Positions 16,832 to 25,360 of a stretch of 40,141 bases of DNA are shown piece after piece; the stretch's first letter is position 1, and each line of letters begins with the position of its first letter. The DNA is taken from the NCBI GenBank assembly GCA_017557265.1, contig JAFZAM010000117.1, forward strand, positions 1 through 40,141, read 5' to 3'. The notes under the pieces were generated by a model. It saw only the letters and a program-made list of their open reading frames with translations. It did no database searches and had not been told where the DNA came from. Position numbers and translations under genes: made by a program. Source of the stretch: Oscillospiraceae bacterium. GTDB taxonomy: Bacteria; Bacillota; Clostridia; Oscillospirales; Oscillospiraceae.

Positions 16832-17580
16832 ACGTTGTATATGAGCGCCCCAAGGCTCTTACGGACGCCCCGTTCAGCTACTGCCCGGGCTGCCCGCACG
16901 GAATAGTCACGAGGCTTATCGCCGAGGTCATCGACGAGCTCGGCATCGAGGGCGAGACTATAGGCATCTCCCCCGTTGGCTGCGCCGTCACGGCTTATGA
17001 TTTCTTCGCCTGCGACATGGTCGAGGCCGCCCACGGCAGGGCTCCCGCCGTCGCGACCGGCATCAAGCGCGCCAGGCCCGAGAACATAGTCTTCACGTAT
17101 CAGGGCGACGGCGACCTCGCCGCCATAGGCATGTGCGAGACCGTCCACGCCGCCACCCGCGGCGAGAACATCACCGTCATCTTCGTCAACAACGCCATAT
17201 ACGGCATGACCGGCGGCCAGATGGCCCCGACCAGCCTGCCCGGCCAGATAACCCAGACCTCGCCCTACGGGCGCGACGTCAAGACCGCCGGCTACCCCGT
17301 CCGCGTCTGCGAGCTGCTCTCCAGCCTCGACGGCGTGACTCTCGCGCAGCGCGTCACGGTCGACAGCGTCAAGAACGTCCGCATCGCCAAGAAGGCCATC
17401 AAGCGCGCCTTCCGCAACCAGATCGAGGGCAAGGGCTACAGCATCGTCGAGATAGTCTCGGCCTGCCCGACCAACTGGGGCCTCGCCCCGAACGAGGCGC
17501 TCCAGTGGCTGCGCGAGAACATGCTGCCCTACTATCCGCTCGGAGTTTACAAGGACAAGTATCCGGAGGAGGCCGACTAA
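16828..17580 (+). CDS. korB: 2-oxoacid:ferredoxin oxidoreductase beta subunit (TPP-binding)
   Basis: 250 aa. YCPGCPHG and the TPP motif YQGDGDLAAIG...NNAIYGMTGGQ. It has an ATGA overlap with korA. Confidence 0.85.
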   Translation: MNVVYERPKALTDAPFSYCPGCPHGIVTRLIAEVIDELGIEGETIGISPVGCAVTAYDFFACDMVEAAHGRAPAVATGIKRARPENIVFTYQGDGDLAAIGMCETVHAATRGENITVIFVNNAIYGMTGGQMAPTSLPGQITQTSPYGRDVKTAGYPVRVCELLSSLDGVTLAQRVTVDSVKNVRIAKKAIKRAFRNQIEGKGYSIVEIVSACPTNWGLAPNEALQWLRENMLPYYPLGVYKDKYPEEAD

Positions 17581-17582
17581 TA

Positions 17583-18119
17583 ATGAGTAAAGATCTTAAC
17601 CTCCTGCTCGCCGGCTTCGGCGGCCAGGGTCTGCTCTTCGGCGGCAAGGTCGTCGCCTACGCGGGCCTTATGGAAGGCCGCGAGATCTCGTGGCTCCCCT
17701 CCTACGGCCCCGAGATGCGCGGCGGCACGGCCAACTGCAGCGTCTGCGTCAGCGACGCTCCCATCGGCTCGCCGCTGGTCCTCAACCCTAACGTCCTCGT
17801 CGCGATGAATCTGCCGAGCCTCAAGAAGTTCGAAAACGACGTCGTCCCCGGCGGCATCATCCTCGTCGACAGCGCGATGATAGACGCGAAGGTCGAGCGC
17901 ACGGACGTCAAGGTCTTCTACGTCCCCGCGACGAAGATGGCCGAGGACAACGGTCTGCGCGGTCTTGCGAACATCATCCTCATCGGAAAGCTCTACAAGG
18001 AGCTGGCCTTCTGCTCACCCGAGGCGCTCGACGCGGGCCTTAAAAAGTCCGTCCCCGCCTCCAAGGCCGCGCTTCTGGAATCCAACAGGCAGGCGCTCAA
18101 GCTCGGAATGGACTTCTGA
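17583..18119 (+). CDS. korC: 2-oxoacid:ferredoxin oxidoreductase gamma subunit
   Basis: 178 aa (LAGFGGQGLLFGGKVVAYAG...SYGPEMRGGTANCSV). It starts 2 nt after the korB stop. Confidence 0.85.
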   Translation: MSKDLNLLLAGFGGQGLLFGGKVVAYAGLMEGREISWLPSYGPEMRGGTANCSVCVSDAPIGSPLVLNPNVLVAMNLPSLKKFENDVVPGGIILVDSAMIDAKVERTDVKVFYVPATKMAEDNGLRGLANIILIGKLYKELAFCSPEALDAGLKKSVPASKAALLESNRQALKLGMDF

Positions 18120-18137
18120 GCGCCGGAGGAGAACATC

Positions 18138-18686
18138 ATGGACAACCTTAAAGAGATCGCGGAAAGGATCGCCGGACTGCGCGACGCCTGCGGCTACACC
18201 GCCGACGAGCTCGCCGACGAGCTCGGGATAGACCGCGCCGTATACGCCTCCTACGAGGCCGACGGCAAGGACATCCCCATCAGCGTCATCTTCCAGATAG
18301 CCAACAAGTTCAACGTCGACTTCAACGAGGTCCTGACCGGAAACTCCGCCAAGCTCGACACGTACCACATCGTGCGCGCCGGCACCGGCAGAGACGTCTC
18401 GAGGTACCCGGGCTACAGCTATCAGGATCTCGCCTTCCGCTATTCCCACAAGGTCATGCAGCCCCTGCTCGTCACGCTCGACCCCTCCGACGAGCCGGCG
18501 GCTCTCGTAACCCATACCGGTCAGGAATTCAACTACGTCGTCGAGGGCAAGGTCATCGTCGCCTTCGGCGATACGGAGTTCCTGCTCGAAAAGGGCGACA
18601 GCATATACTTCAATCCGAAATTCCCGCACGGGCAGAAGTGCGGCGGCGACTCGCCCGCTACCTTTCTGACGATGATAGCGGAGTAA
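18138..18686 (+). CDS. XRE-family HTH transcriptional regulator with C-terminal cupin sensor domain
   Basis: 182 aa. N-terminal HTH (IAGLRDACGYTADELADELGIDRAVYASYE) and a C-terminal cupin (HTGQEFNYVVEGKVIV...GDSIYFNPKFPH). GGAGGAG lies upstream. Confidence 0.85.
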   Translation: MDNLKEIAERIAGLRDACGYTADELADELGIDRAVYASYEADGKDIPISVIFQIANKFNVDFNEVLTGNSAKLDTYHIVRAGTGRDVSRYPGYSYQDLAFRYSHKVMQPLLVTLDPSDEPAALVTHTGQEFNYVVEGKVIVAFGDTEFLLEKGDSIYFNPKFPHGQKCGGDSPATFLTMIAE

Positions 18687-18697
18687 GGAGCCCGCGC

Positions 18698-20365
18698 ATG
18701 CTTGAAAAATATCTTCCCCGTATCGATTTCGACTCGTACGAGGACTTCAAGACTAATTACAGGGTCGTCGCGCCCGACGACTTCAACTTCGGCTTCGACG
18801 TCGTCGACGGCTGGGCCAAGGAGGAGCCGGGCAAGCGCGCCCTGCTCTGGTGCAACGACCACGGCGACGAGCTGACGCTTACCTTCGACGACGTGAGCCG
18901 TCTTTCCAACAAGGTCGTGCATTTTCTCAAGTCGCTCGGCATAAAGAAGGGCGACAAGGTCATGATGATCCTGCGCCGCCGCTGGGAGTACTGGATATGC
19001 GCGCCCGCGCTGCACAAGCTCGGCGCCGTCCTCATCCCCGCGACGCTGCAGCTGACGAAGAAGGACGTCGTCTTCAGGGTCAATTCCGCGTCCGTCAAGG
19101 CGATGATCTGCGTAAACGACGACTTCGTCGTTTCGCAGGCCGAGGCTGCGCGGCCCGAGTGCCCGACGCTGGAAAACCTCATTCTCGTAAACGGCAAGCG
19201 CGACGGCTGGATAGACTTCGCCGAGGCCATTCTCGACATGCCCGAGACGTTCGAGCGTCCGACCGGCGAGGAGGGCACGAAGAGCACCGACCCGATGCTC
19301 ATCTACTTCACCTCCGGCACGACGAGCCAGCCGAAGATGGTCTGCCACAGCTATCTGCACCCGCTGGGACACATCGTCACGGCCAAGTACTGGCAGCACG
19401 TCGAGGAGAACAAGCTCCACATGAGCGTCTCCGACTCCGGCTGGGCGAAGTTCGGCTGGGGCAAGATATACGGGCAGTGGCTCTGCGGCGCGACGATATT
19501 CGCCTACGACATGGACAAGTTCATCGCCACGCATCTGCTGCAGAAGCTGCAGGACTACAAGGTCACGACCTTTTGCGCGCCGCCGACGATGTACCGCTTC
19601 ATGCTGCAGGAGGACGTGGGCTCCTACGATCTGTCCTCCCTGCACCACTGCGCGACCGCCGGCGAGCCGCTCAATCCCGAGGTCGTAAAGCGATGGAAAG
19701 AGCTCACGGGGCAGACGATATACGAGGGCTTCGGACAGACTGAGACGACCGTCGTGCTCGCGAACTTCGGCTGGGACGAGATACGCCCCGGCTCGACGGG
19801 CAAGCCCTCCCCCATCTACGACATGACCCTCCTCGACGAGGACGGCAACCGCGTCGAGGACGGCGAAGAGGGCTACATCTGCGCAGACCACATCGACGAG
19901 AGCTACCCCGTCGGCCTTTTCGTCGCCTACTACTGCGACGAGGCTCAGACGAAGGAAAAGCTCGGCGGGCGCTACTACAACATGGGCGACATGGCCTGGC
20001 GCGACAGCGACGGATACTACTGGTTCGTCGGCCGCGGCGACGACATCATAAAGTGCAGCGGCTACCGCATCGGTCCCTTCGAGGTCGAGAGCGCGCTCAT
20101 CGAGCACCCCGCCGTCGTCGAATGCGCGATCACGGCCGCGCCCGATCCCGTGCGCGGACAGGTCGTCAAGGCGACCGTCGTCCTCGCGAGCGGATGGACG
20201 CCCTCGGACGCGCTCGTCAAGGAGCTGCAGGACCACGTCAAGAAGGTCACGGCGCCGTATAAGTACCCGCGCATCGTCGAGTTCGTCGACGAGCTCCCGA
20301 AGACTATAGGCGGCAAGATAAAGCGCGCGCAGATAAGAGCGCAGAACCACTTGAAACAGCAATAA
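18698..20365 (+). CDS. AMP-forming acyl-CoA synthetase (medium-chain / ACSM-like adenylate-forming enzyme)
   Basis: 555 aa. Motifs YFTSGTTSQPK, GYRIGPFEVE and PKTIGGKIKR. The start is ATG 18698 with AAGGAG 7 nt upstream. Confidence 0.85.
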   Translation: MLEKYLPRIDFDSYEDFKTNYRVVAPDDFNFGFDVVDGWAKEEPGKRALLWCNDHGDELTLTFDDVSRLSNKVVHFLKSLGIKKGDKVMMILRRRWEYWICAPALHKLGAVLIPATLQLTKKDVVFRVNSASVKAMICVNDDFVVSQAEAARPECPTLENLILVNGKRDGWIDFAEAILDMPETFERPTGEEGTKSTDPMLIYFTSGTTSQPKMVCHSYLHPLGHIVTAKYWQHVEENKLHMSVSDSGWAKFGWGKIYGQWLCGATIFAYDMDKFIATHLLQKLQDYKVTTFCAPPTMYRFMLQEDVGSYDLSSLHHCATAGEPLNPEVVKRWKELTGQTIYEGFGQTETTVVLANFGWDEIRPGSTGKPSPIYDMTLLDEDGNRVEDGEEGYICADHIDESYPVGLFVAYYCDEAQTKEKLGGRYYNMGDMAWRDSDGYYWFVGRGDDIIKCSGYRIGPFEVESALIEHPAVVECAITAAPDPVRGQVVKATVVLASGWTPSDALVKELQDHVKKVTAPYKYPRIVEFVDELPKTIGGKIKRAQIRAQNHLKQQ

Positions 20366-20369
20366 AGAA

Positions 20370-20399
20370 AACGGCAGGTCGCTTGACCTGCCGTTTTAA
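20370..20399 (+). terminator. Rho-independent terminator ending the 12.5-20.4 kb plus-strand unit
   Basis: Stem aacggcaggtc, loop gctt, stem gacctgccgtt, followed by ttttaat. Confidence 0.75.
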
Positions 20400-20400
20400 T

Positions 20401-20437
20401 AAAAAAACGAAGCGGCGGAGCATATCGCTCCGCCGCT
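20401..20437 (-). terminator. Rho-independent terminator for the CofE-like gene
   Basis: Stem agcggcggagc, loop atatc, stem gctccgccgct. On the minus strand it is followed by tcgttttttt. Confidence 0.75.
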
Positions 20438-20453
20438 GTCTATTTCGGATATC

Positions 20454-21635
20454 TCACTCGGTGGCGTAGTTGGTGAAGTAGCCGGAGATGAGGATGACCG
20501 GGGTACCTCTGTCGCCGCTGCCGCTCGTGAGGTCGCAGAGGCTGCCGAGCAGGTCGGTCAGCTGGCGCGGGGTCGTGCCCTGGGAGTTCATGTTGCCGAC
20601 GAGATCGGAATCCTTCTCCCTGATGCGCTGGCGCATCGCGTCGGCGAGAGCCTCGCCGGAGAGGTCCTTGAGCTCGTTATCGGCGAAGTACTTCATCTTC
20701 AGCTCGTTCGGCGTCCCGATAAGGCCCTCGGTGAAGCCCGGGGAGACGACGGGGTCTGCGAGCTCCCAGATGCCGCCTACGGGGTCTTTGAAGCCGCCGT
20801 CGCCGTACACCATGACTTCCATGTGCTTGCCCGTAGCGTCCTTCAGGGCGCTCTGGAGACGCTTGACGAACTTGTCGCAGTCTCTCGGGAAGAGCTTGAC
20901 GCGCTCCTCGGTCGCCTTGTTGGAGCCGAGCATGCCGTACTTCTCGTTGTAGCCGCTGCCGTCGACGGGCGCGGTCATGATCTGGTCGAGGCTGTATACT
21001 CTCTCGGCGCCGGCCTCCTTGAGGATGCGGCGGGTCCTCGCGCGGGTATGGATGTCGCAGTTGAGGACGTTCTTGGTGTAGTGCAGGATGTACTTCGGGT
21101 CGTTGGAGAAGATTATCTCGATGTGCTTGCCGAAGCTCTTATAGTACTCGATGTAGTCTACGCCCGTGAACCTGTGCTTGGTCTCCTGACCGAACACGGC
21201 GCGGAACTCCTTCTCGTTGAAGCTGTCGGCGTAGGGGTCTATACGGTTCGCGTCGACGGCGTCCATGCTGACAAGCGCGTTGCCGACCTCGTCGGTCGGG
21301 TACGACAGCTGGATATAGAGCTTGTCGCAGGCGGCGGCGATGGCCTTGAGGACTATCGCGAACCTGTTGCGGCTGAGTATCGGGAAGACGATGCCCATGT
21401 CGCGGCCGCCGAGCTTGCAGCGGACGTCCACAGCGATCTGGTCTATGGTCGCGTAGTTGCCCTGGGTCCTCGCGACGACGGCCTCGGTGACGCCGACGAC
21501 GTCTCTGTCGTGAAGGGCGAAGCCCTCCTCCTTCGAGGCGGCCACTATGCTGTCGCAGATGGCGGGAACGATGTCGTCGCCCTCGCGGAATATCGGGGTG
21601 ATGATGCCGCGGGAGGTCACGCCTGTATATCTCAT
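20454..21635 (-). CDS. CofE-like protein (F420-0:gamma-glutamyl ligase superfamily) with a large internal insertion; substrate unknown
   Basis: 393 aa. N-terminal ITPIFREGDDIVPAI...VGVTEAVVARTQGNY and C-terminal GSGDRGTPVILISGY resemble the CofE motifs (PLIKEGDDL, STVISKAEGR, GDGIPAVVVRG) as I recall them. This was not verified by a search. Confidence 0.5.
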   Translation of the reverse strand: MRYTGVTSRGIITPIFREGDDIVPAICDSIVAASKEEGFALHDRDVVGVTEAVVARTQGNYATIDQIAVDVRCKLGGRDMGIVFPILSRNRFAIVLKAIAAACDKLYIQLSYPTDEVGNALVSMDAVDANRIDPYADSFNEKEFRAVFGQETKHRFTGVDYIEYYKSFGKHIEIIFSNDPKYILHYTKNVLNCDIHTRARTRRILKEAGAERVYSLDQIMTAPVDGSGYNEKYGMLGSNKATEERVKLFPRDCDKFVKRLQSALKDATGKHMEVMVYGDGGFKDPVGGIWELADPVVSPGFTEGLIGTPNELKMKYFADNELKDLSGEALADAMRQRIREKDSDLVGNMNSQGTTPRQLTDLLGSLCDLTSGSGDRGTPVILISGYFTNYATE

Positions 21636-21705
21636 GGTAACACTTGCCTTTCTGCTTAAAAATACCGCAAAAAAGTATATTCCCGCGGCGATTATTTATC
21701 AATCG

Positions 21706-22713
21706 CTATTTGCCCTCGGCGGCGTTCTTTTTGGCCTTTTTCTTATGCCCGCGGACGGCCAGCAGGACTATCAGCAGGATGATGCCCGCGGGGACGAGGA
21801 TGATGAGCGGGAGCACGAGAACGGGCAGAGCGGAGACCACGAAAACGACGATGTCGCGCAGGGCCTGCTTGAGCCACTTGACGGAGGAATTGAAGCCGTC
21901 CCTTATCTCCTCGCCGAAGGTCTTCTCCTCGACCGGCTCCTCGGTATACTCCTTGACCTCGGTGACGTTGAGGTTGAGCGTGGAGTAGTCGACGCGGCGC
22001 TGCCAGTTGTTGAGCTGGCTGGTCAGGCTCTCGATCTCATAGCGCACCCAGGAGAGCCTGTCCTGAATGGTGATCATGTCCTCGACGGTATCGGCCTTCT
22101 CCATCATGTCGAGGAGGTTGCTCTCCTCGGTCCTGTAGGCCTTCAGCCTCGATTCGGTGTCGAGGAAGGAGGACGTGATGTTGTCGGCGGATGTGCGCGA
22201 CTGGGTCACGTTGCCGATGGAGGAAAGGCTGCCGGTCAGGCCGGCGAAGTTCTCCTTCGGGACGCGGATCGTGAAATACGCCGTGCGGTAGCTCGAATAG
22301 CCGTAGTAATACTTGGCGTTGTAGTTCGTGCCGCTGACGGAGGACGTCTCGATGAAGGCTCCGTTGGCCTCGATGAGCTTGTAGAGCGCGGCGATCGTCT
22401 CCTCGAACTCGAGCGTCTCGAGGTCAACGTTCGCGGTATAGATGATCTTGTCGAACTCGGAGTTGGCGTTGGCGTTCATCATGCCCTCGGTCAGCTCGCC
22501 GAGGGAGCCGGAGTCGCCCTTCCACTCGGACTCGTAGGATGGGGACTCGGGGGAATCGTAGTCGTCGTAGTAGTTGGAGGAATCGGCCGCGTAGCCCGGC
22601 GCGGCGGGATACGAGTCGGTGCGCTTTCCGCCGCTGGACGCGGCTCCGCATCCGGCAAAGAGAAGTACGAGCGCGAGAAGGACCGCGCAAACGGCTATAA
22701 GTCTGTTCTTCAT
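21706..22713 (-). CDS. Lipoprotein with central coiled-coil and C-terminal TM segment (DUF4349-like)
   Basis: 335 aa from ATG 22713, with AAGGTGG 8 nt upstream. Lipobox LLFAGC. The central region (RLKAYRTEESNLLDMMEKADTVEDMITIQDRLSWVRYEIESL) and the hydrophobic, lysine-rich C-terminus fit the family. Confidence 0.6.
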   Translation of the reverse strand: MKNRLIAVCAVLLALVLLFAGCGAASSGGKRTDSYPAAPGYAADSSNYYDDYDSPESPSYESEWKGDSGSLGELTEGMMNANANSEFDKIIYTANVDLETLEFEETIAALYKLIEANGAFIETSSVSGTNYNAKYYYGYSSYRTAYFTIRVPKENFAGLTGSLSSIGNVTQSRTSADNITSSFLDTESRLKAYRTEESNLLDMMEKADTVEDMITIQDRLSWVRYEIESLTSQLNNWQRRVDYSTLNLNVTEVKEYTEEPVEEKTFGEEIRDGFNSSVKWLKQALRDIVVFVVSALPVLVLPLIILVPAGIILLIVLLAVRGHKKKAKKNAAEGK

Positions 22714-22795
22714 TGTTGCGACCACCTTTTTATCAGTTTTTGGGTCTCGTGTCAGTTTGACGAAAACAGGCTTCGGAAAGTTTCTGAACTTTTTG

Positions 22796-24235
22796 TTAAT
22801 AAGCGACGCCCCAGACGACCATCTTTTCGGCGGGTCTGCCGCAGCAGGCGCAGGTGTCGCCCAGGTGCTCCTGCTTGAACGGGATGCAGCGGGAGGACAC
22901 GCCGGCGACCTCCTTGAACTTTTCCTCGCAGGCCACGTCGCCGCACCACATCGTGCGCACGAAGCCGCCCTTTTCGTTAATTATCTTGGCCGCCTCGTCG
23001 AGCGTCGCGGCGTCGAAGGTGTTCTCCTCGAGGTGCTTCCTGGCCTTGTTGAAGAGATTGTCGTGGATGGCGTCGAGCGTCTCTATCGCGCAGGCCTCGA
23101 GAGCGTCGAGCGCGACGGTCGCCTTCTCGCCGGTGTCGCGGCGGGCGAAGACGCAGCTGCCGGCCTCGATATCCCTCGGGCCTATCTCTATCCTCAGGGG
23201 CACGCCCTTCATCTCGTACTCGGCGAACTTCCAGCCGGGGCTGTTGTCGGAGACGTCGGCCTTGACGCTCAGGCCGACGGCCTTGAGCCTCTCGACGAGT
23301 TCGAGCGCCTTCTCGGTCACGCCGGGCTTATGCTGGGCTATGGGCAGCACGACGGCCTGTATGGGCGCCACGCGCGGCGGCAGGACGAGACCGTTGTTGT
23401 CGCCGTGGGTCATGATGAGGCCGCCTATCGTGCGCGTGGAGAGGCCCCAGGAGGTCTCGTGCGGGACGCGCTGGGTGTTGTCCTTGTCGGTGAAAGCGAT
23501 GCCGAAGGCCTTGGCGAAGCCGTCGCCGAAATAGTGGCTCGTGCCGGACTGGAGCGCCTTTTTGTCGTGCATCATGCACTCGATGGTGTATGTACGCTCG
23601 GCGCCGGCGAACTTCTCCTTGTCGGTCTTGCGGCCGCGTATGACCGGCATGGCGAGCAGGTTCTCGCACACGTCAGCGTATATCTCCAGCTGCTGCTCTG
23701 TCTCGGCGATGGCCTCCTCGGCGGTCGCGTGGAGCGTATGGCCCTCCTGCCAGAGGAACTCCCTGTGGCGCAGGAAGGGGCGCGTCGTCTTCTCCCAGCG
23801 CAGGACGCTGCACCACTGGTTATACAGCAGCGGCAGGTCGCGCCAGGAGTGGACTATGTTGGCCCAGTGATCGCAGAAAAGAGTCTCGGAGGTCGGGCGG
23901 ATGCAGAGGCGCTCGTCGAGCTTCTCGGAGCCGCCGTAGGTCACCCACGCGCACTCGGGGGCGAAGCCCTCGACGTGGTCCTTTTCCTTCTGCAGCAGCG
24001 ATTCGGGGATGAGCATGGGCATGGAGACGTTGACGTGCCCCGTCTCCTTGAAGCGCCTGTCAAGCTCGCTCTGCATCTTCTCCCAGATCGCGTAACCGTA
24101 CGGGCGAAGGACGAAGAGCCCCTTCGCGCCGCTGTAATCTATGAGCTCCGCCTTGCGGCACACGTCCGTGTACCACTGGGCGAAATCCACGTCCATATCG
24201 GTTATCTGCTCTACTCTTTTCGTATCTTTGGCCAT
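22796..24235 (-). CDS. proS: Prolyl-tRNA synthetase, archaeal/eukaryote-like type with C-terminal Cys-rich domain
   Basis: 479 aa from ATG 24235 (GGAGG 8 nt upstream; the track ORF starts at a TTG inside the RBS). Contains [23 protein letters not shown] and [11 protein letters not shown]. The C-terminus ends [18 protein letters not shown]. Confidence 0.9.
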   Translation of the reverse strand: MAKDTKRVEQITDMDVDFAQWYTDVCRKAELIDYSGAKGLFVLRPYGYAIWEKMQSELDRRFKETGHVNVSMPMLIPESLLQKEKDHVEGFAPECAWVTYGGSEKLDERLCIRPTSETLFCDHWANIVHSWRDLPLLYNQWCSVLRWEKTTRPFLRHREFLWQEGHTLHATAEEAIAETEQQLEIYADVCENLLAMPVIRGRKTDKEKFAGAERTYTIECMMHDKKALQSGTSHYFGDGFAKAFGIAFTDKDNTQRVPHETSWGLSTRTIGGLIMTHGDNNGLVLPPRVAPIQAVVLPIAQHKPGVTEKALELVERLKAVGLSVKADVSDNSPGWKFAEYEMKGVPLRIEIGPRDIEAGSCVFARRDTGEKATVALDALEACAIETLDAIHDNLFNKARKHLEENTFDAATLDEAAKIINEKGGFVRTMWCGDVACEEKFKEVAGVSSRCIPFKQEHLGDTCACCGRPAEKMVVWGVAY

Positions 24236-24253
24236 TTTCTTTTCCTCCAAAAG

Positions 24254-25189
24254 TCAGATCCTGTCGTTGCTGCCGAGCACGGCGGTTATCTTGTGACGGA
24301 CAAGATCGCGGATGTTGTCTCTGCCGGGGATGAGGTACTGCCTCGGGTCGAAGTTCGCGGGATTTTCCGCGAGGTGCTTTCTGACGCCGGCCGTCAGCGC
24401 GAGGCGCAGGTCGGAGTCGATGTTTATCTTGCAGACGGCCATGCGCGCGGCCTCGCGGAGCATGTCCTCCGGGACGCCGATGGCGTCGTTGAGCCTGCCG
24501 CCGTATGCGTTGATGGTATCGACGAACTCGGGGATGACGCTCGACGCGCCGTGGAGCACTATCGGGAAGCCGGGCAGGCGCTTTTCGACCTCTTTAAGGA
24601 TGTCGAAGCGGAGCTGCGGCTTGGTGCCGGGCTTGAATTTATACGCGCCGTGGCTCGTCCCGATTGCGATGGCGAGCGAGTCGACTCCCGTCCTGGAGAC
24701 GAACTCCTCGACCTGCGCGGGGTCGGTATAGGAGCTGTCGGCGGCGGAGACTACGACGTCGTCCTCAACGCCCTCGAGCCTGCCGAGCTCGCCCTCGACG
24801 ACGACGCCGTGCGCGTGCGCGTAGTCGACGACCTGCTTTGTAAGGGCGACGTTCTCCTCGAAGGGATGCTTCGAGCCGTCTATCATGACGGAGGTGAAGC
24901 CGCCGTCTATGCAGGACTTGCATATCTCGAAATTCTCGCCGTGGTCGAGGTGCAGGCATATCGGAAGGCCCGTATCGGCCTCGGCGGCTTCGACGAGCTT
25001 CATGAGATAAACGTGCTTGGCGTACTTGCGCGCGCCGGCCGAGACCTGAAGAATGAGCGGAGAGCGCGTCTGCGCGGCGGCCTCGGTTATGCCCTGGATA
25101 ATCTCCATGTTGTTGACGTTGAAGGCGCCTATCGCGTACCCGCCCTCGTAGGCTTTTTTGAACATTTCGGTCGAAGTGACTATCGGCAT
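24254..25189 (-). CDS. fba: Class II fructose-1,6-bisphosphate aldolase
   Basis: 311 aa (YAIGAFNVNNME, HLDHG, GELG, TSHGAYK). AAGGAGG lies 6 nt upstream. Confidence 0.9.
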   Translation of the reverse strand: MPIVTSTEMFKKAYEGGYAIGAFNVNNMEIIQGITEAAAQTRSPLILQVSAGARKYAKHVYLMKLVEAAEADTGLPICLHLDHGENFEICKSCIDGGFTSVMIDGSKHPFEENVALTKQVVDYAHAHGVVVEGELGRLEGVEDDVVVSAADSSYTDPAQVEEFVSRTGVDSLAIAIGTSHGAYKFKPGTKPQLRFDILKEVEKRLPGFPIVLHGASSVIPEFVDTINAYGGRLNDAIGVPEDMLREAARMAVCKINIDSDLRLALTAGVRKHLAENPANFDPRQYLIPGRDNIRDLVRHKITAVLGSNDRI

Positions 25190-25229
25190 GATCTTCCTCC
25201 TTTTCCGACGGCGTAAAACCTATCGTTTT

Positions 25230-25257
25230 ATTTTACCACGCGGGCGCGAAAAATCAA
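25230..25257 (-). promoter_or_regulatory. Sigma-A type promoter candidate for fba-proS
   Basis: The minus strand reads TTGATT (25257-25252), a 16-nt spacer, then TAAAAT (25235-25230) preceded by TGg. Confidence 0.45.
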
Positions 25258-25298
25258 GCCGTATCGCCTTTTCGCCGCCCGCAAATAATAATAAGGGA

Positions 25299-25327
25299 TT
25301 TTCAAAACGTATGTATGATGCTATAAT
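25299..25327 (+). promoter_or_regulatory. Sigma-A type promoter candidate for the phosphofructokinase gene
   Basis: TGcTATAAT (extended -10; TATAAT at 25322-25327) with a weak -35 TTTTCA (25299-25304) at 17-nt spacing. Confidence 0.4.
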
Positions 25328-25360
25328 TACGGGAGAATATACTTGACTGGAGGTCAGCGC

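Noticed and set aside
18533-20362. 609-aa minus-strand ORF opposite the acyl-CoA synthetase gene
   Set aside because: The plus-strand frame carries all the adenylate-forming enzyme motifs. The antisense frame is low-complexity.
24236-24253. T-box leader for proS
   Set aside because: Only 18 nt separate fba and proS, so there is no room for a T-box.
22619-25216. 865-aa plus-strand ORF across the DUF4349 5' end, proS and fba
   Set aside because: It is antisense to proS and fba, which have unmistakable family motifs. It has no RBS and no domain signatures, so it is a shadow ORF.
25296-25315. Possible CcpA cre site (TCAAAACGTATGTA) in the pfp promoter region
   Set aside because: Mismatches occur at several invariant cre positions (no TG at the 5' end, no CA at the 3' end), so this is probably chance.
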